Assembly (NCBI GenBank): GCA_963773945.1
Contig: CAVZDD010000003.1
Span: forward strand, 370,060-434,059
Reading direction: 5' to 3'
Origin: an uncultured Thermoplasmata archaeon
Lineage (GTDB): Archaea > Thermoplasmatota > Thermoplasmata > Lutacidiplasmatales > UBA184
Length of the DNA: 64,000 nucleotides
Part shown: in pieces, positions 20,813 through 28,365 of the stretch
Position numbering within the stretch: the first letter of the stretch is position 1
How the letters are laid out: every line of letters begins with the position of its first letter
Program-made: the position numbers and the translations under genes
Notes under the pieces: generated by a model
Databases searched by the model: none
What the model saw: only the letters and a program-made list of their open reading frames with translations
Told to the model about the DNA's origin: nothing

Positions 20813-21901
20813 ATGGGGAGCCCCAGTCGCTTCTCCCCGGCCTTGAAGCTACGCGACTCGATTAAGGCTTTCGTCGCCAAACCGCTCGGTCGCATCGCGC
20901 TTCTGATATTCATCGCACTGTGCCTTTCTGGCTCCGCCATCTACCTCGGTTACCTCATCGCGATCCCGGTCTTCTTGCTCGTCGGCCTCGCGCTTCCGAT
21001 CTTCTTGGGCTGGACGCGTCCCCGAACGCTCTTCCTGGTCGGACTGGCGTCGCTGTTGGTCGCCGGGCCGATCGTGACAGCCGGCACGGTGAACTTGCTG
21101 CTCACCCCCTCCCCGGCCGTGAACGGACAGGTGTTCGCGACCCACACCGAGTCCGTGATGCAGAACGCAACCGTTCATCCCTACAGCAGCGCCGGGGCTG
21201 CCAATTTCACCTTCTCCGTCGACGTCAATCCCGCCTTCCTGCCGAGCGGCAGTCACGGCGAAGTACTTTGGATCGACTTCTTCCTCAGCACCTGCCCGAA
21301 CGCGCTCTCGAACAACTCTAGCGCCTGCGGGGGCCTCGGAGCCTACCCTTACCACTTCCAGAACTACTCCTACATGAGCGCCGGACGCCAAACCGTGTCG
21401 TTTCCAGAGCACGTCGGAGGTGTCAACGTCTGGTGGTGGACGATAGGGGCGGCCTATGTCAACTCTACCAATGTGACGACCTGGACCTATCTTCTGCCGG
21501 GCAACGGGTACGTCACCGCCGAAGGACCGGTCACCGGTGACTACCTTTCGATCTACACCCTGATCCTGCCGGCGATTTACTTTACGGTCTTCATCTATCC
21601 CGGACTCGTTTTCTTCCTCGGTCTCCTCGTATACTTGTTCCTCAAGATGCGGCAGCGGCGGCGCTCCGGAGGCGCGCCGTCGGTCCCGGCCCCATCCGTT
21701 CCGTCGACGGAGGCCCCGGTGGAGGGCAGGACGCTCAGCAAGCCTAGCACGTCGGCCCCCTCGAGACCCGAGCTGGCCTGCCCCAAGTGCGGTGCGGTGG
21801 TCTACGCGGGGGAGAGTCGCTGCTGGAAGTGCGGGACCCAGCTTACGCCGATGGAGGCCCCGACCCCCGAGGACGAACCCCTCCCGTCGAGCAAGCCCTG
21901 A
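20813..21901 (+). CDS. Polytopic membrane protein with a glycosylated ectodomain and a C-terminal cytoplasmic zinc ribbon
   Basis: N-terminal TM helices, an N-glyc sequon-rich loop (NAT, NFT, NNSS, NYS, NST, NVT), a TM helix, a basic stretch, then CPKCGAVVYAGESRCWKCG; the start may be a downstream TTG (~20843) if CTTATAT at 20800-20808 is a TATA box. Confidence 0.65.
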   Translation: MGSPSRFSPALKLRDSIKAFVAKPLGRIALLIFIALCLSGSAIYLGYLIAIPVFLLVGLALPIFLGWTRPRTLFLVGLASLLVAGPIVTAGTVNLLLTPSPAVNGQVFATHTESVMQNATVHPYSSAGAANFTFSVDVNPAFLPSGSHGEVLWIDFFLSTCPNALSNNSSACGGLGAYPYHFQNYSYMSAGRQTVSFPEHVGGVNVWWWTIGAAYVNSTNVTTWTYLLPGNGYVTAEGPVTGDYLSIYTLILPAIYFTVFIYPGLVFFLGLLVYLFLKMRQRRRSGGAPSVPAPSVPSTEAPVEGRTLSKPSTSAPSRPELACPKCGAVVYAGESRCWKCGTQLTPMEAPTPEDEPLPSSKP

Positions 21902-21963
21902 TTCGACGGCGAATCCGCCGTCGAAGACCGTCATTCGGCCGTCCCGCGGGAAGCGTCGCGGGT
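21902..21963. terminator. Two hairpins between convergent genes
   Basis: TTCGACGGCGaatcCGCCGTCGAA (10-bp arms) and CCCGCGggaagcgtCGCGGG (6-bp arms), straight after both stop codons. Confidence 0.45.
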
Positions 21964-24384
21964 TTAGGTGAAGGTGATCCCCAAGTTGGTGACGTAGTAG
22001 TTGTACTGGTTGTTGAGCGTGAAGTAGTCGACCGGCGAGGTCGAGAGGACGAACGAGAACACGTAGGTCCCGGCCGTCGGGGCCTGCCAGGTGAGCGTCA
22101 CCCACGAATCGACCCCGTTGCCCGACTCCACAGCCGTGGCCGTGACGTAGCTGCCCTGGTAGAGGACCGGGACGCCGTTCACCAGCAGCGAGACCGTGAG
22201 GATGCCGTTCGAGATGTCGTTCGCTCGAAGGTTGACTAGGAAGCTGCTCGGCGCGGTGTGGACGGTTCCGGCAAGCAGGGCCCCGGCAATGCCGAAGTCG
22301 GTACCGGACCGAGTCACCGCCGACGAGGTTGCAAAGCCGCAGAGGTAGTTCATCACGTTGTACGTCACGGCCGTTCCGATGGCGTTCCACGAGGTGCCCG
22401 CGGGGGCGTCCCCGAACTGGACCGGGTCCGCCCCGATGGCGACTCCCTTCCCCGCGCCGCCGGTACCGGTGTAGAAGATCCCGAGCGTGTTGGCCCCGAG
22501 GGCCAGGAACGCCGTTCCCACGTGGCCGCCGGAGGCGGTGTACGTCTGGTAGTTGAGGTAGGTCGCCAGCGCCGACGCAGTGCCGCTCACGTTGCCGTTG
22601 AGCGTGATCGGTGAGCTGATGCCCTGGCTATAGAAGCCGGAAGCGGTCGTGGCCGTGTAGGTGACCGAGGAATAGTCCGCGGGGGAGGCGGACAGCGCGT
22701 GCGCCGTAACGCACGTCGCACCGGCGCTGATCCCGAAGTCCTGGAGGTAGGTCGTGTAGGTTGCTGTGTTGCACGCGAGGGAGGCGGTGGGCCAGAAAGC
22801 GCGGTCGCCCACGACCCAGACCGACGCCCCGGCCCCTACTGCGGTCTCTAGGTAGTAGCTCGCCGAATGCGCGTACCCTGCGGGAGTGGTGTAGGACGGT
22901 CCCACTGGGCAGCCCGAGTTGGTCGAGTTCGTCCCAAAGTCCACGATGAGGACCGTTCCCGCAACGAAGTACTGGGTGACCAGGGCCGCCGCGAAGCTCC
23001 CGTTGGTGCAGGAGTTAACGTAGGTTTTGAACGGGAAACCCGCCGCAGTGAGCTCGCTCGCAAGGTTGGACGACTCGTTGCTCTTCGAGAGGGGGATGTT
23101 GCCGGGCTGGTTGTACGAGATCAGGAGGATCGGGGGAAACACCGTCAGTGCATAGGAATCGGAGCCTGTTCCGAGTCCGGGGATCGAGGCCGTCGCGTTG
23201 AGCAGCAGGGCACCGGTCGCCGTAGGCGTGTAGGTGGCCTGGAAGCCGGCCGTCGCACCGGCAGGAACCGAGCCGGACGCGCTGCTTCGACTGAAGCCGG
23301 CGGCCGGTCCGAAGGAGACGGCAGCTGTCCCGGCGACTTGACCGTTGTTCGTGACCTCCACCGTCACGTTGAGTTTCTGGTTGATGACCGGCACGCTCGT
23401 ATTGGTGAGGATTTGGACGATGACCAATGTGCTTCCGCCTCCGCTGCCGCTAGCTGAGACGGTGATCGGGAAGATGATCGAATTTTGCTGGGTCTGGATC
23501 GGGTTCGAGTCCGTCACCCAAGCGGTCACATAGTACGTGCCCGAGGTGGCCGTGGTGCAGCTCGGGACGAACCAGAGACCATTCGTGGCGTTGTAGGTCA
23601 TCTGGAGTTTGTTGGTAGTGTTGGACGAGTAAGCTGACAGCGGGTTCACGCACGACAGGCCGGGGGTCGTGATATTGAGGTAGACCTGCTTGCTCGAGGT
23701 GCGAAGGAACGGGTCGCTAATCTGGACGAACACGGAGAACGGCGAGTTCACGAACGGCGCGCCGGGGCTCGTGCCCTGCGCAATGAAGATCGGAGGGTTC
23801 GTGGGGTTGCTACCGGGGAGGGTCTGTCGGTATACGACCAGGCTGTCCGAGACGATCGTGACGGTGATGTTGTCGGGAATGGTCAGGTGGTCCCCTGCCA
23901 GACTGAGATTCCAAACCTGGCCCGTCCCCCAGGGCGTCGACGACGACGCGCCGAGACCACCACTGGTCATCGTGTACGTGGCGGTAGTGTTCTGGGGATG
24001 CGCTTGAGAAACTACGTAAAAGACGGTGTTGAAATTGTAGAGGATCGGGCCGCCGAGGTGGGTGACGGTGACCGAGCTGACGTTGGTCCAGGTGTGGGCT
24101 CCCTTCGTGATGTAGGAATAGAACAGCTGCCCCTGGAACTGACCGGCCGGCTGCGGAGCCGGCTTGGGGAACGTGCTGACAAAGAAGAAGATCGAGGAGA
24201 ATAGCGTGACGGTCAGCGCCAGAATCAGAATCGTTCCGAGCACCTCGGAAACGGCCCGTTTCCCCCGGAGCGACCGGGAGCGCGTACGGAGGCGATGCTT
24301 CGATTGACGCTGCACTCGAATGGCCCTCCTGCCCCTAGATAGCCCGCGCGGACGAGCCTTCTGAAATTGATTGAGGGGCCGCAT
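21964..24384 (-). CDS. Large surface adhesin-like glycoprotein with a class III (type IV pilin-like) signal peptide
   Basis: N-terminus ...RGKRAVSEVLGTILILALTVTLFSS has the prepilin-peptidase motif ([KR]G/A-hydrophobic helix); ~750-aa S/T/N-rich beta-rich body with many N-glyc sequons. True start probably the GTG at 24315, because the track ATG (24384) abuts a TATATA element. Confidence 0.75.
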   Translation of the reverse strand: MRPLNQFQKARPRGLSRGRRAIRVQRQSKHRLRTRSRSLRGKRAVSEVLGTILILALTVTLFSSIFFFVSTFPKPAPQPAGQFQGQLFYSYITKGAHTWTNVSSVTVTHLGGPILYNFNTVFYVVSQAHPQNTTATYTMTSGGLGASSSTPWGTGQVWNLSLAGDHLTIPDNITVTIVSDSLVVYRQTLPGSNPTNPPIFIAQGTSPGAPFVNSPFSVFVQISDPFLRTSSKQVYLNITTPGLSCVNPLSAYSSNTTNKLQMTYNATNGLWFVPSCTTATSGTYYVTAWVTDSNPIQTQQNSIIFPITVSASGSGGGSTLVIVQILTNTSVPVINQKLNVTVEVTNNGQVAGTAAVSFGPAAGFSRSSASGSVPAGATAGFQATYTPTATGALLLNATASIPGLGTGSDSYALTVFPPILLISYNQPGNIPLSKSNESSNLASELTAAGFPFKTYVNSCTNGSFAAALVTQYFVAGTVLIVDFGTNSTNSGCPVGPSYTTPAGYAHSASYYLETAVGAGASVWVVGDRAFWPTASLACNTATYTTYLQDFGISAGATCVTAHALSASPADYSSVTYTATTASGFYSQGISSPITLNGNVSGTASALATYLNYQTYTASGGHVGTAFLALGANTLGIFYTGTGGAGKGVAIGADPVQFGDAPAGTSWNAIGTAVTYNVMNYLCGFATSSAVTRSGTDFGIAGALLAGTVHTAPSSFLVNLRANDISNGILTVSLLVNGVPVLYQGSYVTATAVESGNGVDSWVTLTWQAPTAGTYVFSFVLSTSPVDYFTLNNQYNYYVTNLGITFT

Positions 24385-24517
24385 ATATAGAGGTTCGGCC
24401 GCGGCGCGCCCGACGCCGATCGTTCGGCGGTTCCGTGGGGACCCTCATGCGTATTGATACGTGTCGCACTCGGACCCCCATTTCCGGTCAAATTCTGGGC
24501 TGGTTATACTGCCGGGA

Positions 24518-24535
24518 TCCGCGATTCATCGCGGA
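24518..24535. promoter_or_regulatory. Perfect 18-bp palindrome TCCGCGATtcATCGCGGA (candidate operator)
   Basis: 8-bp arms and a 2-bp spacer in the 274-bp lower-GC divergent intergenic region upstream of the RHH gene. Confidence 0.35.
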
Positions 24536-24622
24536 AAGTGCGAGTCCAAATTTTGTTCGACACCTCAGAAAAGCGCGCTTCCGATGCCCATCTTCAGTTC
24601 TCGCCACAGCGTTGGGAATGAG

Positions 24623-24631
24623 TTTAAGTAA
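24623..24631 (+). promoter_or_regulatory. TATA-like box (TTTAAGTAA) for a leaderless RHH transcript
   Basis: Lies 28-36 nt upstream of the GTG at 24659. Confidence 0.35.
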
Positions 24632-24658
24632 CAGAATATCGCATAGCGCCGCTCGGCC

Positions 24659-25162
24659 GTGTTCGACAAAACCCCAGACACCAGAACGGACGCTTCGGTG
24701 CCGAAGCGCACGTCCCGGCGGCCCCCCGAAGATGAGCGGATCGCCCTACGGTGCAACCGCAGGGAGCTCCAGCTCTTGGATACGTTCGTTAGCAGCGGCG
24801 AGTTCGAGAGTCGGTCGGAGCTCATGCGCGCGGCGCTCCGCGCCTTTCTCCGGACCCGGACCGAGTCTGCAGTCCTGACCCCCCCGACCCCCACCCCGAC
24901 GGGACTCATCGAAGCTCCCGTTCGCCTCCGACAGGATGAGGTGGAGACCTTCCGCGAGTACGGCGCCCTCGTCTCCAACGACCAGCCGTTGAACGACGTG
25001 CTGGCCCAGCTGGTCCGACGCGGTGCGCTGGAGCTCCAGGTCTCGGAGTTGGTCGCCCGCGCCCGCGGTGACGTGCGCAAGGCGGCGGAGGCTCGAGCCC
25101 AGGTCCAGGCCCTCGAAACGAGTGGGCGTGACCTGGAACGACAAGGGGTCGTGGGCCGGTAG
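24659..25162 (+). CDS. Ribbon-helix-helix (CopG/Arc/MetJ-like) DNA-binding protein with a C-terminal coiled-coil
   Basis: ERIALRCNRRELQLLDTFVSSGEFESRSELMRAALRAFL is a beta-strand/helix/helix RHH core; followed by a Pro/Thr linker and a heptad-like Ala/Arg/Glu-rich segment; 35 nt upstream of the FtsZ-like gene. Confidence 0.6.
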   Translation: MFDKTPDTRTDASVPKRTSRRPPEDERIALRCNRRELQLLDTFVSSGEFESRSELMRAALRAFLRTRTESAVLTPPTPTPTGLIEAPVRLRQDEVETFREYGALVSNDQPLNDVLAQLVRRGALELQVSELVARARGDVRKAAEARAQVQALETSGRDLERQGVVGR

Positions 25163-25196
25163 GGTTGTCGAGGCGGTACAGGAAAGGGGTGGCGAA

Positions 25197-26123
25197 ATGC
25201 CTGAGGCCGAACCGAACGGGAGAGACACCGACCAACTGATGGGCCGGGACGACGACTTCGATCCCGGGTTCCTCGAGAACCTGAAGCTGGGACACGATGT
25301 CCGTTTCGTTCTCGTCACCGTCGGAGGCGGCGCAGCCCGAATCGGTCGAGAGATCGCTCGCCGACATCTCCGCTACGTCGAGACCGTCGCCATCAACTGC
25401 GACGCGCGCATCCAGGAGTTCGAAGAGTTCGACCGCCGGGTCTGCCTGACCACGGACAGCCCGGATGCCGAGGACACGGGGGGTTCTCCCGTGGCCGGTG
25501 GGCATCTGGCGCGCTCCGCGCAGCCGGCGCTGGATCGGATCTTCGAAGGCGCCACGTTCGTCACGATCATCTCGACCCTAGGCGGCGGTGCCGGAACCGG
25601 TGCGCTGCCCTTCGTCCTCGAAGCGGCCGCTCGCTCATGTGAGGTCCTGTCGGTGTTCGTCGTCAAGCCGTTCAAGCTCGAGGCGGAACGCCGCGCCGTG
25701 GCGGACCGGGCCCTCGCCCGGCTCCACTTCGTGGACAGCTTTGTAGCGCTGCAGCAGCGGGGACTCGCGACCCTCCAGGTCCTGGACAACGAGACCCTGG
25801 CAAAGGATGCGGGCAAGATCCCGATCGCACGGTTCAACACTTACTGGTCCGAGTTCATCGCGAGCCACATCGAGAAGTCGTTCGTGGCACCCGCCGAAGC
25901 CGCCGTGGAGGCGGGGCGCCTGGCCATGCTCGCCGACCCGACGCATGCCGGACGAATCCCGTCGGAACCGGAGATCGTGGGACACGCCATGCCGGCCCCG
26001 ATGCCCGAACGCCCCTCGCTGGAACCCCCCGGAATGCCCGGCCCGTTGCCGGCCGCCTCCTCGGAGATCGAACTCACCTTCGAAGTCGTCGGACTGCCCC
26101 CCGGCGGGCAGGAGCTCCTTTGA
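25197..26123 (+). CDS. Divergent FtsZ/tubulin-superfamily GTPase (GTPase domain only, no FtsZ C-terminal domain or T7 loop)
   Basis: Real start at an ATG inside the track ORF (25023..26123), preceded by AGGGGTGG. Motifs VRFVLVTVGGGAARIG (G-box), AINCDARI and ISTLGGGAGTG (tubulin signature with Thr replaced by Ala); VVKPFKLEAERR resembles FtsZ TKPFxFEGxxR; Pro-rich C-terminal tail. Confidence 0.75.
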   Translation: MPEAEPNGRDTDQLMGRDDDFDPGFLENLKLGHDVRFVLVTVGGGAARIGREIARRHLRYVETVAINCDARIQEFEEFDRRVCLTTDSPDAEDTGGSPVAGGHLARSAQPALDRIFEGATFVTIISTLGGGAGTGALPFVLEAAARSCEVLSVFVVKPFKLEAERRAVADRALARLHFVDSFVALQQRGLATLQVLDNETLAKDAGKIPIARFNTYWSEFIASHIEKSFVAPAEAAVEAGRLAMLADPTHAGRIPSEPEIVGHAMPAPMPERPSLEPPGMPGPLPAASSEIELTFEVVGLPPGGQELL

Positions 26124-26169
26124 CCGTCCACAAGTAGGCGACCCCGGACGAGCGACTGTTGCCCCGACC

Positions 26170-26188
26170 GGGCACCGGACCGGTGCCC
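26170..26188 (+). terminator. Perfect 9-bp inverted repeat GGGCACCGGaCCGGTGCCC downstream of the FtsZ-like gene
   Basis: 47 nt after the stop codon; followed by TAATATTAT (26199-26207), a candidate TATA box for the next small ORF. Confidence 0.4.
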
Positions 26189-26252
26189 GCCGGTCGCGTA
26201 ATATTATCAGGGGTGCCGGCTACCCCCTCCCGTGGACGGCCGAATCCTCGTT

Positions 26253-26411
26253 GTGGCATTGACCCTCGCACTCCCCGCGGCCCTGATCGCCGCGACGGTC
26301 GCCTGGTACTCGACCAATCCGGTATCGCTGCTGATCCTGTTCTCCGTGATGCTTCTCGGCGGCCTCTACCTGCTCTCCTACAGCGATACCTTCTCCGCGA
26401 ATCCGGCGTAG
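26253..26411 (+). CDS. Small 52-aa two-TM membrane peptide (not in the ORF track)
   Basis: GTG start; VALTLALPAALIAATVAWYSTNPVSLLILFSVMLLGGLYLLSYSDTFSANPA is two hydrophobic helices around a polar turn; own TATA ~50 nt upstream; same strand as the RHH/FtsZ-like pair. Confidence 0.4.
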   Translation: MALTLALPAALIAATVAWYSTNPVSLLILFSVMLLGGLYLLSYSDTFSANPA

Positions 26412-26441
26412 GAACGGCCCCGGCCAGAAGGCCGGGCTCGA

Positions 26442-27212
26442 CTACTGGTAGATCGGCAGGTTCTCGGTACCCGGGGCCCCCGCCGGAGCGGAGGGACGAC
26501 TCTTGACCGCGGCGCGCAACGCCCGCTCGATCATTTCGGCCTGGGTGCGGAGCGGCTTCGTGTCGATCTGGACGTGGGGAAGCAGCTGGTCGATGACCTC
26601 GATGAGCTTCGCCGCGGCCCGGTGGTCGGGGTAGCCCGCGTCGGTGGCACTCACGAGCAGCGTCCCGATCGGAAGTTTCGAGCCCATCCCCTGCACGAGT
26701 AGTGCTCCGGAGACACCGCCAATCACTCCGTCGCCCATCGCCCGGACCCCTGCGGTCTTGTATTTCGCTGGCAACTCCTCGGTCGAGCCCGAGCCGGCGT
26801 ACCATACCATCTCCTCAGACGGAGTCGCCTCCGCGTCCTCGGGGTCCAACGGGTGGGGAACCACCCCTTCGAGACCAAGAATGGCCGACACCTGCAACTG
26901 CGCCGCCATGTCCAGGATGGTCATGGCCAGCGGGTTGATCATCGAGGGCGGGAGTGGAAACTCGGACACTACGAGGACGATGTCCTTGTTCCCGTACGCA
27001 CGCACCGGCGGATTGACTCGTCCGCCTTGAATGACCGCCAGCGGTGGGAATTCCTCGGAGGTGAGGGCCCCCAAGCGGGGAAGCTTGAGCATCTGAAGCA
27101 TGTAGTGCCCCGCGACGGTCGGCGCGAGACCGCCGCTCGGGAAGCAGCTGATGAGTACGGCCCCGGGGGCCGGCAAGACCGCCGAGCTTTCCGGACGCCA
27201 GAGGACCGGCAT
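26442..27212 (-). CDS. PAC2-family proteasome assembly chaperone (PbaA/PbaB-like) with a C-terminal HbYX motif
   Basis: PAC2-family core; the C-terminus ends ...LPIYQ (hydrophobic-Tyr-X), the proteasome alpha-ring docking motif. Confidence 0.7.
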   Translation of the reverse strand: MPVLWRPESSAVLPAPGAVLISCFPSGGLAPTVAGHYMLQMLKLPRLGALTSEEFPPLAVIQGGRVNPPVRAYGNKDIVLVVSEFPLPPSMINPLAMTILDMAAQLQVSAILGLEGVVPHPLDPEDAEATPSEEMVWYAGSGSTEELPAKYKTAGVRAMGDGVIGGVSGALLVQGMGSKLPIGTLLVSATDAGYPDHRAAAKLIEVIDQLLPHVQIDTKPLRTQAEMIERALRAAVKSRPSAPAGAPGTENLPIYQ

Positions 27213-27330
27213 AGGATACTCCAGCCGGCAATCCCCGGTGCGTACTTAGGGGTTGGGACAGTTTCCATTTCGGCGGACCGGTGCGGGGACGGCTCAAAGG
27301 CCAAGTACCCACCGCCGCCTGCCGAGCGCC

Positions 27331-28365
27331 GTGGGGCTTCCCCTCCGCGACATCACGCATCCCGCCGAGGTACCGTGGTCGGCCCTCGTCGGGCGCACTC
27401 TCGCGGTCGACGGGAACAACATGCTCTACCAGTTCCTGGCCACCATCCGTTCGGCCGATGGCCGACCCTTCACCGACCGCAACGGCCGGGTCACAGCCCA
27501 TCTGATTGGACTTCTCTACCGGACGACTTCGTGGTTGGAGCAGCAGATCCGACCTGTCTGGGTCTTCGATGGCCGACCGCCGGATCTGAAAGCCGGCACA
27601 CTTCGCACCCGATTCTTGGCCAAGGAACGCGCCCAGGAGGCGTGGGACGAGGCGCTGGCCGCTGGGGACCTCGAGACCGCGCGGAGAAAAGCCGCGCAAA
27701 CGTCCCGGCTCACGCGCCCGATGATCGAGGAAGCCGTCCAAGTGCTCCACGCGCTGGGACTCCCGACGGTCCAGGCTCCGTCGGAGGGCGAGGCCCAGGG
27801 CGCGCGCATGGCTGCCTCAGGGACGGTGTGGGCGAGCGCCTCAGAGGATTACGACTCGTTGCTATTCGGCACCCCTCGATTGGTCCGAGGACTCGGTTCC
27901 CGCCAGCGAAAGACCGGAACGCAGGCCGCGCAATTGATCGAGCGTGAGCGCTTGCTCGAGGAGCTCGGAATCTCGCAGGAGGAGCTGATCCTCGTCGGGT
28001 TGCTCATCGGGACCGATTTCAACGACGGCGCACGCGGGTACGGACCGAAGAAGGCGCTCAAACTGGTCCAGAAGCACCTGGGGTGGGAGGCCACGCTGAA
28101 GACCGTGGGCCTCGAGCCGAAGGACGTCGAGGAGGCGGCCGAGATCTTCCGGAATCCTCCGGTCGCCGAAATCCCGCCGCCCGTGTTCGGCGAGCCGAAC
28201 GAGGACGATCTCCGACGTCTCCTGATCGCCGAGCACGACTTCTCGGAGGACCGGGTGCTCGGGGCCCTCCACCGTATCCGGTCCGCGCCGCGACGGAAAG
28301 CCACCCCGCTCCCCACCCCGGGACGTCAACAACTTCTCGATGTCTACCCGACGGATGGATCTTGA
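27331..28365 (+). CDS. fen: Flap endonuclease 1
   Basis: MGLPLRDI...LAVDGNNMLYQFL; XPG-N/XPG-I nuclease domains and H3TH; start refined to the GTG at 27331 (track 27253 extends 26 codons into R-rich sequence). Confidence 0.9.
   Translation: MGLPLRDITHPAEVPWSALVGRTLAVDGNNMLYQFLATIRSADGRPFTDRNGRVTAHLIGLLYRTTSWLEQQIRPVWVFDGRPPDLKAGTLRTRFLAKERAQEAWDEALAAGDLETARRKAAQTSRLTRPMIEEAVQVLHALGLPTVQAPSEGEAQGARMAASGTVWASASEDYDSLLFGTPRLVRGLGSRQRKTGTQAAQLIERERLLEELGISQEELILVGLLIGTDFNDGARGYGPKKALKLVQKHLGWEATLKTVGLEPKDVEEAAEIFRNPPVAEIPPPVFGEPNEDDLRRLLIAEHDFSEDRVLGALHRIRSAPRRKATPLPTPGRQQLLDVYPTDGS

Noticed and set aside
20849-22390. 513-aa minus-strand ORF
   Set aside because: Antisense to the 20813-21901 membrane protein and the start of the next gene; R/G-rich
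24382-24384. ATG at 24384 as the start of the pilin-signal surface protein
   Set aside because: It directly abuts a TATATA element that would have to act as the promoter; the in-frame GTG at 24315 is favoured (tentative)
28083-28361. Upstream part of the 608-aa track ORF
   Set aside because: Overlaps the fen1 3' end in another frame and is R/G/P junk; the FTCD gene starts at the TTG at 28362 (MKRFECVPNFSEGR)
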